A DNA stretch of 42,900 bases from Eledone cirrhosa (lineage: Eukaryota): positions 1 through 42,900 of the forward strand of contig CAXHJY010000362.1 of NCBI GenBank assembly GCA_964016885.1, read 5' to 3'. Both the position numbers and the translations under genes were made by a program. The notes beneath the pieces are model-generated. The model was not told the origin of the DNA. It ran no database searches and saw only the letters and a program-made list of their open reading frames with translations. Of the stretch, positions 15,588 to 28,035 are shown one piece after another. How positions within the stretch are numbered: position 1 is the stretch's first letter; each line of letters starts with the position of its first letter.

Positions 15588-15770
15588 CATCATCATCATC
15601 AATCATCGTTTAATGTCTATCTTCCATGCTAGCATGGGTTAGACGAGAATTGTCCTACTTGAGGCAAGATTGGTTGGGTGACTGTGTCGCGCTCATATAG
15701 GACTATCTGGCAGGTTTTCTATGGCTGGATGCCCTTCCTAACACCTACCACATTTACAGTGTGGGCCTAG
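15588..15770 (-). mobile_element. SINE (second family) with (GAT)n tail
   Basis: CATCATCATC..CTTCCATGCTAGCATGGGTTAGAC..TTTCTATGGCTGGATGCCCTTCCTAAC. Inverse copy at 20915-21057. Confidence 0.7.
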
Positions 15771-16448
15771 TATATGACAACCTGTCTAGTGCTAGTGCCA
15801 TGATAACATGCACCCAGTACATCCTGTAAAGTTGTTTAATATTTATACCAGCATAAAATGCATTCAAACTAATCTGTAAAGAGTTAGTGCTTATATAAAA
15901 AAAAGAAAATGCACCTGGCAACATAAAAAACACACCTGACATACACTGAAAGAAGCTTACATTAGGAAAGGAAGCCAGCCCTCAAACTGTGACATGTCCA
16001 ACTCATGGAAGTGTGGAAAGGGGTTATAAAACGATTATGATAACATGATTCTTTTCAGTAAAATTGGGTAGAGAGAAACTATTTGGAAGCCCAGTAATTC
16101 AAAGTCAGTTTTGTCTATTACTCTATCATACTGGAATGGCTCTTCCAACATGTCTTCCTCACCATCCCCTGGGGAAACACCTTCTCTATTCTGTCTGCCG
16201 GGGCTGCAGGGCAGCCAGCATGTGGATACCCATTTGCTTATAATAGTAGAGATTGGGAGAGCAGGAGAGATGGAGGCAGTGACAGTGGGAGTTTGGTTTC
16301 ATTGCATTCAGACTTGGTATATATGTATATATTTATTTACCAAACCACATTAACTATATATTATTTATATATAACGAAGGAGGTGTGGTAAGGAACCAGA
16401 TGGACCATAACACACCAGAGTTCTCAATACTTAGGGTAGTAGAGTGGG

Positions 16449-16542
16449 TAATAGTAAAATGTTTAATCCCGACGGCAGAGCTCAAGCCATTTCAATGGCT
16501 ATTTCTTGAGCTCTGCCGTCGGGGTTAAACTTTTTCCTATTA
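16449..16542. repeat. Inverted repeat, 38-bp arms with 3 mismatches
   Basis: TAATAGTAAAATGTTTAATCCCGACGGCAGAGCTCAAG (16449-16486) vs CTTGAGCTCTGCCGTCGGGGTTAAACTTTTTCCTATTA (16505-16542). Confidence 0.95.
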
Positions 16543-17609
16543 TATATATTCTTCTCCACTCCTTCTAGTCCTCTCTTTATACACACAATTTTCTGTTCAA
16601 ATTTTAAAAAGAATGAATAAAACATTTGTTTTTGAATTCTAATGCATATCTCCATGCTCTCACAGACCCCAGATTGTTTTCATCAATTCCACTGGGAATC
16701 ACTGGCCTAGATTTTTTCCATCTTCCAGATACTTATATTATCTACTTTCTATCTCCAATGACAGGGAATGACTTTCCTAATTCCTTTATTATAATGTATT
16801 ATATATTGTAATTTGTATAAACATATTAAGTTGTATTTTATGTATATCTAATTCATATTATTATTAGTATTTGTTGTAGATAAACGTACACTAATACATA
16901 TTATTATTTGGTATTATTACAATACTTATTATTGTAATTGTGTGATACATCTTTGTTGTATGTAGTTTTAAATTGTATGAATCATTTCTGAAACTTGGCT
17001 ACAAAGAAAGATTTATTGTAAGAATACAATAACAATACATTTATTGAATATTTTATCAAAATTAGAAAGCTTCTATATTTAAATCTTAAAGGTAATTTTA
17101 GTACAGACTTTCAAATATTTCTTCCATGATTCTGGTTTGTTGTCACTTATCTATGATATGGAACTTGTATAATCATTGAGTCATGCTCTTATATAATATG
17201 GTCAATCCATTGGAATTGAGAGAAAAAGGACATGAAAGGTCACAGATTTTTTTTCTTTTCCATACATTACTTAATGGATTTTAGAGAATTATATCGATAG
17301 AGCCAGGGATGAATGTTGTGAAAGGAGAAATGGAATGATATGGTTTGGCCATGATCATGTTTTGAGAAAGAATGATTATGATTGGGTGAGAGGAGTAACG
17401 GAAATGAATGTGTACCAAAGTTGAAACAGAGGAAAACCAGGAATGATATAGCTAAAGATGGCAGAGGAAATATAAAATATATGGTGAGAAGGGACACAGA
17501 GATTAGAGCAAAATGGAGCAGAAAAATAGGAGGAAATAAACACAATAAATAACATTAATGCTGAGAGTAAATCTATATCTTATCTAACAGGTATTATTGA
17601 TACAGTTAG

Positions 17610-17790
17610 TAGAGAAGGTCAACGTTGCCTTTCAAGATCGATGAAAAAGTACCAGTCAAGTATTGGGGTCGGTTCTTCTTTATCTGTTTCTCAGTTCCTC
17701 TATCATTTTCTAGAAGAAATCTGCTGCGTTCAAACCTGGAGATGAGAGGGGCTCCACCAGGTTTAAAAATTGCCCTAGAAACACCTTATG
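17610..17790 (+). mobile_element. Truncated SINE (as 4630 and 28038)
   Basis: AAGGTCAACGTTGCCTTTC..TCGATGAAAAAGTACCAGT..AAACCTGGAGA..GGGCTCCACCAGG. Confidence 0.6.
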
Positions 17791-19043
17791 TAAGGAGATA
17801 AGGGACCATACAGTGGAGGAGGCACTACAAAATGTTCATATGTGCTGGCATTCATAGAAACTTCACTCACCATACAAATAAACTTTGGTGGCACCAAGCT
17901 GTGTTGTTGGAGCTCTGTTGGTTTTGATGACATGTTTCAGTTTTTCGATCAAAAGAACAGCCTGCTTATGAAATTTCACTGATGTATACCATTAAAATAA
18001 TTCTCAAGGAGATTCAGCATGACACATTTGTTTTTCATATCTACTTGGCTACTCCATTGCCATAAGTGGAAGGAAGTTATGGAAGAAAAAAGTAAAAGGA
18101 AGACATCATCAAAAGTGATGAAATCTGATATCAGAATGCAAAACGTTCCACAGAAAATAACTAAAGACTGCAAGAAAAGGTCCTGTGCGATATAAGAGAA
18201 TCCCTAGCCAACCCATGTAAGCATTTATGATCAGATATAGTGATGATGATGATGATGATTAATGTTAATACAGACAAATAAATAAGATAGAGAAGATAAG
18301 AAAACTGTCAATATTTACAAAATACTTTCTTGTCTTTTCTCAATTACTGAGATTGAAATATTCTATATAATTTGCTCATTCAGTCAAAACGTATGTGAAT
18401 ACTATTATAACTTTTAATGAGAGAAGCAACCAAAGTTATGGGTTACCCATAATATACACTGTAATTTCATACTATATAATATTGGTCTTAAAAGCGTTTA
18501 TGTGTTGTCAACAGTGAGTTGATGTATTTAAGACAGAAAACCAAATTCAACCAACCTGTAATAAATTTTGTTTTTTATTATGATTTTTACATCCATTTTA
18601 ACCATGCTTGCATGAGTTGGTCAAGACCTATCTAATATAACATCTCCCCCCAAATTAGTGGATATTAAAGCAAGGTGTTCAAAACAGTCTAGCCATAATA
18701 TAATTTAAAATGTAAGTTAGTAAACATATTGATCTATCTAACCAATATTAATAGAAAAGTTAACCTAAGATAAAATAAAACCCACAAGAACTATAGTGAA
18801 AATGGTTTATGAAGTTGGAATAAGAATGTAAGGTTATTGAAGACCGACTTTTCTGAATACTGATAAAAAACACGGGCCTAGATTTTCTTGAGATTTTAAA
18901 TCATTAACTGCCTGATTAAAATAAAAAAAAAAAAAACTTTATTGCTCATCAGTGTGAACTAATTTGATTTCGAAAGTGGAATGAGAACATTTTATTTCTT
19001 TTTGTCTTAAATGGTAATTTCAGTAAATTTTTTTGAAAGTTTA

Positions 19044-19257
19044 AATATATATATATATATACACACACACATATATATACACACACATCATACATATATA
19101 TACACACACATACATATATATACACACACATACATATATATACACATGCACACACATATATATACACACATACATATATATATATACACATACATACACA
19201 TATATATATATACACACACCCACATACATATATACACATACATACATGTATACACAC

Positions 19258-19306
<49 letters not shown>

Positions 19307-19381
19307 TATATATATATACACACACACACACACATACATATATATATACACATATATATATATATATATATATATGTATAT
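19044..19381. repeat. Compound (TA)/(CA) microsatellite
   Basis: Directly visible. Confidence 0.95.
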
Positions 19382-20914
19382 TTGAACTCTAAGATTACGA
19401 TGATAAATCACACCTTTCTCAAATCTTTAATGAAATGATCAGACTTAAGTTCAGCAAGAAACGTAATATAAAACAAACAACTAAAGATCCCTCTCTCTCT
19501 CAAGCTGGCAATTACTCTTTTATCAAGTTTTATTCAGAAGCAGTTTAATATGGTATTATATGCTATTTCACACACACACACACACACACATCATATACAC
19601 TACATACACCTGTTTATTTGAGAGAAGTTTCAAGTCTCTTCAATTAAAAATTTTAGATTTATAGTAATTTATTCAACAATTTTCCTCTCCCAGTTAAAAG
19701 GATCAACAGCCTCATTATTTCTGTTCTTTATCAGATCCTACACTTTAATTCTTCTTCTCCTTCTGCTTCTTGTCTTATTTCTTATTACACAGAAAGGGTT
19801 CCTAATATTATTGCTTTTCTATATGCTTGTTTGTCATTGCCAACTTTCATACTTTGATAGTTTTTGGCATTAATTGGCCTTTTACCTTCAGGCTTCACTG
19901 GTTGTTTCAGCTTGAGAAACTTTTCAAAGTAATTCAGCTGTCATTAACATTAGATTGCTACTTGTTTTTCACCCCAAACAACCACATTTCAATGGCTCTT
20001 AATGACACATTGATTGCAGTTTTTAAACACAAACTTTTTACTCTGTTTTTGTATTTTTAACTCGTCACTGAAAGTTAGCTTGATCACACTGAATGAAATG
20101 GATTTTCTAAATATTTTACTTCTTTATAGATTTTAATTTAAGATTTCTAGATTCCTGATCATATATATATATATATATATAGAGAGAGAAACAGAGTATT
20201 TAAGGAGATAGAAGGCACACTGGTGCATAAAAAGCACCCTTACTTTGAAAATAAAAGTTTTGGAAAAAATTTATAAAAGTGTTTAAAAGATTTTCACTAG
20301 GCAAAAATTGAATTCAATATTAAAAAATGTGTCTTGTTCAAGAATACAGAAAAAAAAAAAATTCTTCACCACATTGAACAGCTATTACCATATATTTACA
20401 TGACAATTATATATAATTTATTTAATTTTACGGACTAGAGAGTAATGTAAACAGTTATGTTTTGTTTTAGAAGAAAAATAATGTTGAAATTAATTAGATA
20501 TCAAAATAGACTAAACAATGTATGATTATTTTGATATACAGCTATAAGTCCTCACAGCTTGTGTATAGTATACATACATGTTGATATGTCAGCTATTATA
20601 TTCCTAACTAAGATTATTAGGGCATAGGCAGATTTTGACATCAAAATTTAGGGATAAAATGTGTTTTATCCACCAGAAAATATGGTACTTCTTTATACAT
20701 TTTAGTCAAAGTTTTCCAGTTATCTGATAGATTACCTATAATATTTGAATATAATGTAATACAAATATAAGCTGACCCTACTATTCATATCTGAGAAATG
20801 GGCAACAATCCAAACCTTATTTATGTAGAATTTTAAGTTAGTGAAAATAATCACAATATTCACCCCAAAATACCCTCCTCAATTCTATGATCGAATTTTT
20901 GGTCACATATGTGT

Positions 20915-21057
20915 TAAGAAGGGCGTCCAGCCATAGAAACCAGCCAGAAACACACCTATTTGAGCAAGTAATGGTCACCCGACACTGCTTGCCTTAAAAT
21001 AGGACCCGTCTAACACATGCTAGCGTGGAAGATGGACGTTGATCATGATGATGATAT
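20915..21057 (+). mobile_element. SINE 3' half with (GAT)n tail
   Basis: GAAGGGCGTCCAGCCATAGAAAC..GTCTAACACATGCTAGCGTGGAAGATGGACGTT..ATGATGATGAT. Confidence 0.7.
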
Positions 21058-21125
21058 GCCTGGTTTATATTCAAGTTTATACAGTAAATTCCAGGAATAG
21101 TTCTTTTGTTCATTATATGTTTCTA

Positions 21126-21314
21126 GGGGTGGTGGATTGGCAGTATTGGTAGAGGGTCGGACACTATGCTTTGACGCATAGAGTTACGCCCCTTGCCATT
21201 CTGAGTTCAAATCGCGCCAAGGTTAACTTTGCTTTTCATCCTTACGGGGTCGATAAAATAAAGTACCAGTAATGTACTGGGTAATTGCTGGCCTTGTGCC
21301 AAAAGTAGAAACAA
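21126..21314 (+). mobile_element. Near full-length tRNA-derived SINE
   Basis: Pol III A-box TGGCAGTATTGG (21138-21149) and B-box GAGTTCAAATC (21203-21213). The body is shared with at least six other copies in the window. Confidence 0.85.
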
Positions 21315-21762
21315 GTATATGTTTCTATTGTTTTAACTCTTAACATTCTCTAATTATTTAGCAGAAAATATCTTAATGTAGGTTTGTTAATTCAAATGTA
21401 TATACTATCTTTACTAATGGACGGAATTTGGTAAAAATTTTATTTGCAGCGTTAAACAAAGACTGTAAGTTTTTAATAAGATGCAGTCATGGTACTGTTT
21501 TGTACTTGTCAGGAATAGGTAGGGTTAATGCATCAACTTAAGGATATTATTTCTAAGTTCCTTATTCTAAACTGATTATTTTAACTAGTGTCTTCACCTC
21601 AGTTAATATAATCCTAATATTTTAGCTATTGTAGCCTTATACACAAAATATTAGAATACACAGCATACCCCCAGTTTTACATATCAAAGTCAGTTTGGTG
21701 TAAGTAATTGGACTTGAAAAGTCATACAAATAGGTATTAAATTCAAAAATTCTAATCATTCT

Positions 21763-22079
21763 AATAAAATAATAATGAAATTGTGTACAGTGCTCAGGTG
21801 CACTACAATTCATAAAAAGTGCATATATAGTACATAGAATAATGTATTAATGTCAGGAAAGTAAACAGTGTATGAGTCATGATATACATGTGTGCGTGTG
21901 TATTGAGGGGGATATCAGGTATAGTGTTGGCAAATATCAGGAAGCATGGAGGTTTTTAAGGATGCAGTTGTTTCGGCAGCTAACAACTGATGCAGGTAGT
22001 TTGTTCCATGCCTCAGAAATTCTGAGCATGAAAAAATGTTTCCGAAAGTCATGGGAGCTGTACTGTTTTCTGACTTTGT
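21763..22079 (-). mobile_element. 5'-truncated copy of CR1-type family B (3' ~315 bp)
   Basis: Colinear with 5130-5447 (TTGTGTACAGTGCTCAGGTGCACTAC ... GGAGCTGTACTGTTTTCTGACTTTGT). Confidence 0.9.
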
Positions 22080-22102
22080 AGACAAAGTAAAGATCACAGC
22101 AT

Positions 22103-22207
22103 AGGGCACAAATAAACTGGTACAGCTGTTGCTGGTGCCCCTACCTCCTTTCACTTCAGGGGACTGCAGGCAATTGCTCCTTTTGCCCCCTATTAACTCC
22201 GGCCCTG
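22103..22207. mobile_element. hAT-MITE terminal remnant
   Basis: Ends TTAACTCCGGCCCTG, whose reverse complement resembles the TIR CAGGGCCAGATTAA at 6889. The internal TGGTGCCCC also occurs at 6935. Confidence 0.45.
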
Positions 22208-22625
22208 CTCAAGGCTATTGTAAATAATGACTCATGCTTTAGATGCCATGCAATGAGAGAGATCAAACCCAACACCTACTGATTACCCATTCAATTATAC
22301 TGCATCCATGTATAATATATATTTTCAAAGAGAGTAACACATCAAACCACTTAACCTCAGTGATGTTAAAAACAATTTTCAGATACAATCTCAAGTATCA
22401 TCATAATTTATCACCTATGACAAAGACATTTCATTGCCAACATCTATGTCGATCTAACTGAAAGAGCTGCAGGTGAGGCAATTAGCTATTGTAAACATTT
22501 ATATCACATTTGGACTGACAAATATTTCATTTCTTTGAAGTGTTGGGCTGCATTGTTCATATAAGAAAATATACATTATAGCCAAGTATTCTATACAGGG
22601 AGAAATTTATTACCAGCCTGATAGA

Positions 22626-22825
22626 TCACACATACATACACGTGTGCACACACACACTTATACATACATACATATACAGGTGTGTACACTCACACATAGA
22701 AAGAGAGAGAGTGAGAGTAACATATAGAAGAGAGAAGGAGAGACAGAAGATAGAGAGAGAGAAGGAAAGAGAGAATATATAGAGAGAGAAAGAAAGAGAG
22801 GAGAGAGCAGGAGAGAAAGAGAAAC
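22626..22825. repeat. (CA)n and (GA)n simple repeats
   Basis: Directly visible. Confidence 0.9.
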
Positions 22826-22973
22826 TAGTGAACATTCTACAGTTGACATTAGTAAACAGTAGCTATTTACTATACAATAATTCTATCACAAATTACAATC
22901 AGTCAATTGACACACAGACTAATTCAAGATAATCAATAACTATGAACTATATACACCTAATTCACATTCTCAT

Positions 22974-23858
22974 TGAACATTCCTAAATAGCTACGTAGGT
23001 TAACCCTTTTATTGCTCTCTGTGGGTTTTTTTTTAGGACTTCATAGCATGTATATAGTTACGTCTACCAACCAGCAGTGAACATTCCTATATAGCTATGT
23101 AGATTAACCCTTATTGCTCTATATGTAAGTTTAGAGGAAGTTCATACTATCTACCATACATGGCTATTATATAGACTTAGGTGTACTCCTCTTCTTCTTT
23201 GCCCACTTGCTCTTGAGAGAATCGTGGGGGCAGAGTCCTCAAACAATCCTTCCAGTGGGTCCTGTCAGAAGCAACCATCTCCAACTGACCCGGCACTTTA
23301 GTCAGCCTTCTGTCTGCCATCACTTGTGAATATGGCCCTGAGATATTTGAACTTCTCTACCTGCTTCAGTAGAACTCATTCACATGTAGAGTGCACTGCA
23401 CAGGCTTCTTTGGCAAGATGAATATCTCAGTTTTTGCAGCACCAAATTTTCATTCCAGCCATGCAGCACTCAGCATCAAACCTATCAAGTGCAAGTTGGT
23501 TTACCCCCCAACAGTGAATATTTCTATATAGCTATGTAGATTAACCCTTTCATTGCTGTATATGTGATTTCAAAGGACCTTTATAGCGTATATATAGTTA
23601 GGTCTATTAACCAACAATGAATATTTTTATGTAGTTATATAGATTAACAATTTCCATGCTCTATATGTGAGATTAGAGGAACTTCAAACTACCTACCATA
23701 CCCGACTATTATATATAGCCTCAGGTTTACCCACCAACAGTGAATATTTCTATATAACTATGTAGGTTAACCCTTTCATTGCTCTATATATGATTTCAGA
23801 GGAACTTCATAGCAAACTATTATACATGACTATCATTCATAGACAGGTCTACTAATCA
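22974..23858. repeat. Tandem array of alternating ~104-bp and ~122-bp related units, interrupted by an RTE insertion
   Basis: TGAAYATTYCTATATAGCTATGTAGRTTAACCC at ~22974, 23078, 23514, 23618 and 23740. Confidence 0.85.
23187..23498 (-). mobile_element. Short internally deleted RTE fragment
   Basis: Translates, across frameshifts, as QLALDRFDAECCMAGMKI..KTE..LKQVEKFKYL (RTE RT C-terminal motifs). This is joined to a 3' end homologous to 27245-27312, with a (GAA)-like tail. Possible TSD GGTGTAC/GGTTTAC. Confidence 0.75.
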
Positions 23859-24397
23859 AGGATGCAGAAAATTTAATTTTATTGACCAGAAAACAATAAA
23901 AGACAAAGATGACCTTGGCAAGGAAGTGACCTCAGAACACAGATTATTGGATCACATACAGTGAGGTATTCTATCCTATGAACTAATGATTCTGTATTTA
24001 ACCACCTACATTGATCTGAGAGCCACCAGGAGAGACTAAACACAGACACAGGCACACACAGACAGACACACACACACTTACATAAGATGTCAATATGATT
24101 GAGCTAACACACAAGCACAGTTTTGGAAAGACTGATATACAAAAAGTCTCTACTTAATCTCACATTCCACCAAACTCGTGTTTATCAAGATAATACTGTG
24201 AAATCTACAGCTTACCTTTTTAACACCAATACAAATACATTGGTGATATTCCTCTCTTTTATGTCTACTTTCCCCACTGGTATAAAATGGACAGGTTATC
24301 ATGGTTGGAGACCAGACAGGTCAGAGTGACCTCGCCTTGCAAATACATTCTATATGTGGCATAGCTACTCCAACTGGATGACCTTCCTAACACCAGC

Positions 24398-24737
24398 TAC
24401 ATTACAGGATGTATTGGGTGCATTTTGTGTCACCAGTATTCCCACTTTACAGGGTGTACTGAGTGCATTTCGTGTCACCAGTATTCTCACTTTACAGGGT
24501 GTACTGGGTGCATTTTGTGTCACCAGTATTCCCACTTTACAGGGTGTACTGAGTGCATTTTGTGTCACCAGTATTCCCACTTTACAGGGTGTACTGGTTG
24601 TATTTTGTGTCACCAGTATTCCCACTTTACAGGGTGTACTGGGTGCATTTTGTTTCACCAGTATTCCCACCGTACAGGGTGCACTGAGTGCATTTCATGT
24701 CACCAGTATTCCCACCTTACAGGGTATATTATGTGTG
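24398..24737. repeat. 45-bp minisatellite (~7.5 copies)
   Basis: CACTTTACAGGGTGTACTGGGTGCATTTTGTGTCACCAGTATTCC at 24443, 24488, 24533, 24578, 24623, 24668 and 24713. Confidence 0.97.
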
Positions 24738-25885
24738 TCTTATTGTGGCACACACACTAGAGATATCACTAATGTCCAGAGAGAAGCTGAAGATACCTCT
24801 TAGAACATATAATATCTGTTTGGTAAACTAATCATGGTTGCCACCAGTCTCTTACCATATTTACATATAAACAAAAAATATTTACTTTACCTTACATAAA
24901 TCAAGTTGGAAATTTCTTTGCTTTCTTAGAATTTCTTTTTTTTTTTTTTTCAAAATTATTTTTTGTTCGTAAATCTTATAGAATTACAAAGTCAGTTGTG
25001 TACTAATTACTTGCAATGCTGTACACACACACATTACCCAATTACATTCATAGAAACTATTTCCTACTCTGTTTGCCAATATAGCATAAGCACTCACACA
25101 TAAACGTCTACATCAATAGATGCTGTGCATTTAGAAATATACCCATTCATACACACTAAAACATTTTCTTTTTGACTAGATAAAAGGCTAACTTTAGAAA
25201 AGATAATGCCACATACACACAATCATACATACACATATACACATATACACACATGCATACACAATGTAAGTTTATCATTTCAGACACATACCATTGCAAT
25301 ACGAAATCAGTCCCTCCATACAAACATATGCAAATACACACAATCTTTACACTCACAGATACACATGTATCCCATTACAATCACAGAAATTGTCCTTTCA
25401 CACACACACACAAAGTTATTAGTTCCTTCATCTGTGTTAACGAGCTCATTACAAGCGTCAAATATCTTAATTATATCTTTGCCTATTCATATTTAATTTA
25501 TTATTAAACAATTTTCTCTCCATCTTGTATTAATCAACTCCAACACTCTGAAATACTCAATTGTTCTGCATTTCTAATAAATATTGCAATCTAACGGTCT
25601 CTCTCTCCCCCTCTCACTCACACACTCACACTGCTCTCTTGCTAACACCTTTCACTAGTTGCACATAAATACACACAAACATGTGGTGGGAACCTCTGCT
25701 TGTGTGTGTTTGTATGAATATATATACATACTACATACATGCACGTGTGTATTGATTATCAAAGCAAGTGTATATATAAACACAAAATCACACACAGATA
25801 TATATATATATAATGATAAAAATGCATACATATGTACAATGTAGGCATATATATGTGGATATATTAATATATGTATATGCCTGAC

Positions 25886-25919
25886 TATGCATATATGAAT
25901 ACATGCACATGTGTAAGTA

Positions 25920-25963
<44 letters not shown>

Positions 25964-25997
25964 TACTTGCACATGTGCATGTATTCATATATGCATA
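25886..25997. repeat. (TA)n-centred palindrome
   Basis: TATGCATATATGAATACATGCACATGTGTAAGTACCA-(TA)n-TGGTACTTGCACATGTGCATGTATTCATATATGCATA; one mismatch. Confidence 0.95.
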
Positions 25998-26081
25998 TAT
26001 ATGCATATATTTATATATATATATATATATAACAAACAAATCACTTATACATATATATATACACACATATATATGTATGAT

Positions 26082-26116
26082 TAATTATACCAGAGTGTGT
26101 GCATAGAATCTATCTA

Positions 26117-26162
<46 letters not shown>

Positions 26163-26183
26163 TTCTATGCACACACTCTGGTA

Positions 26184-26189
<6 letters not shown>
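26082..26189. repeat. (TA)n-centred palindrome
   Basis: TAATTATACCAGAGTGTGTGCATAGAATCTAT..(TA)n..ATAGATTCTATGCACACACTCTGGTATAATTA; arms perfect. Confidence 0.97.
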
Positions 26190-26229
<40 letters not shown>

Positions 26230-26654
26230 CACACACATATATATATATAGTTATCCTATATATATCTGTTATTTTATGAAGTTATAATCCCTCATTACTC
26301 ATGCCCACCACAAGAATTACCTTCATCCCTCCATCAATTTCCATCATGCTGTAATTGTTTACCAAAACTACTTTATTAGTTTTGACCAATTTTCAAAGCC
26401 ATGGCAATAGGAAACAGCAATAACAAACTGAGACTGTTATTCAGCAATCTTCTATTCAAACTGAATGGTTATTTGTGCTGAAAGAGCAATACAAAAGGTG
26501 TTGAGTGTTGTATGTGTTAGAATGGAAAGAGCAGATGAGAAAATGAACATACAGCAATTATACACTGGATTAATTATGTGGAATGGGCCTTCGTTGGTTT
26601 TCATGTTGAGTTTGGCAGTTATTTCATCAATGGAACAAGTTGTGTATGAAATTA

Positions 26655-26762
26655 AGGTGTATGTGGCTGAGTATTCCACAGACATTTGTAATCTTAATGT
26701 AGTTCTCAGCAAGTTTAAGTGTAACACTGTGTGACAATGCTGACTCTTTGAATTACAGGTTG
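26655..26762. mobile_element. Fragment of a third interspersed (SINE-like) repeat
   Basis: GTGGCTGAGTATTCCACAGACA..TTGAATTACAGG. Diverged copies at ~31810-31900 and ~17985-18027. Confidence 0.5.
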
Positions 26763-27244
26763 AGTCTATAAGTTTGGCTTCTAAATAGTTTATTTCTTTC
26801 TAGTTTCACTAACAAGGTATAGGTTGACTGATGATGATGCATATTTTTTTTGAATAGCTAAAATTACTCTTCCATCATGAAATTCCTTCAGATACAACAA
26901 CATTTCACCTCCAGCTACTTGCAAAACAAGAATTACATAGCAAGAATTTGAGCAAGGCTAAACAAATCCTAACGGACACTGTTAAATATTATCTAAAAGG
27001 GAAAAGAATATTGTTAGAACTTTACAAATGACCGTATTTCACAAAAGATCTATCATTTTATATCTGTTTTCCACAATAACATAGGTTGAACTAATTATCA
27101 TGGTCAGAGTAACCCATCTTGTTCATACATTCCATATTTGGCATGGTTTCTATGACTGAATGTCTTTTCTAACACTAACCACCTTAAAGGATGTGACAGG
27201 AGTGCTTTTTTCTTTCACTAGCTTCTACTTCATCCACTCATACC

Positions 27245-27670
27245 TAAGAGGAGTCTTCGGGGCCGAGTGCTCAAACATACCTTCGAGTGTGTCCAGTCAC
27301 AAGTTACCATCTCCTCTATATCCAATTGAATCCCCGAGCGAAAGCAGCCAAGCTCGTGGATAAACAGCCAACCTTCTTGCTCAGGGTCTACTCATGGGTC
27401 TCCTGCCCGTTGGTTTTGCCCTTAAAATCTGACCAGCGATTCTTTCCCAAGATATTCTAACCCCATGCCCATAGTATCAGAGCTGTGATCTCTGTATTTG
27501 GAGAAATAGTGGCTCTATCTGGAGCAACTCTCTGATCTCCAAGCTATGCACAATCAAGTAACGTTACTCCAAAGACTCTTCACAGGAACCTATTTTGGCT
27601 GCTTGTATTCATGATCATATTCTTTCAGACAACACATAAGATTCATAACAATAGGTAAGAGCTGGCATGA
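27245..27670 (-). pseudogene. RTE LINE 3' fragment inserted in a SINE
   Basis: PALTYCYES..IQAAK..QIQRSQL*YYGH..AKPTGRRPMSRP matches the RTE C-terminal pattern. Same family as 23187. Confidence 0.75.
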
Positions 27671-27800
27671 GTGTACAGGATGCATTTTAACATGGCAACA
27701 GCACCACCACTATATAGTATGTATGGTGTGTATTTTAACATGGCAACATCACTGTCACTATACAGCATATACTGTGTGCATTTTAACATGGCAACAGCAA
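27670..27800. repeat. 48-bp minisatellite (3 copies)
   Basis: ATTTTAACATGGCAACA at 27684, 27732 and 27780. Confidence 0.85.
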
Positions 27801-28035
27801 TATGTGCATTTCATCATATCAGCACTATAGAGGTTTTTTCAGCTTGATGGGTTTTCTCAAACTCTATATTGATTCCATTTGATAAGCTACATTGCAGCCT
27901 CTAATGTCTCACAACTTTCATTTTTGGGAGTGACAGGTCTTTTCCATTATGGCATATTCCCCATCAGCTTGATCCTATGTCAAGCAATGAAGTTATAATC
28001 CTAAATATATTTGGTAAAATATATTATCAAAAAAA

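Noticed and set aside
17270-17530. Possible very old PLE remnant (IIPFLLSQH-like peptide on the minus strand)
   Set aside because: Too degenerate to support by eye.
18880-18956. CUGAUGA...GAAA on the minus strand
   Set aside because: No stem II or stem I pairing.
21126-21215. tRNA gene
   Set aside because: The A/B boxes belong to a multi-copy SINE; there is no cloverleaf.
24354-24803. Repetitive 15-aa ORFs, or a CRISPR-like appearance
   Set aside because: Head-to-tail 45-bp minisatellite with no unique spacers, in a eukaryotic SINE context.
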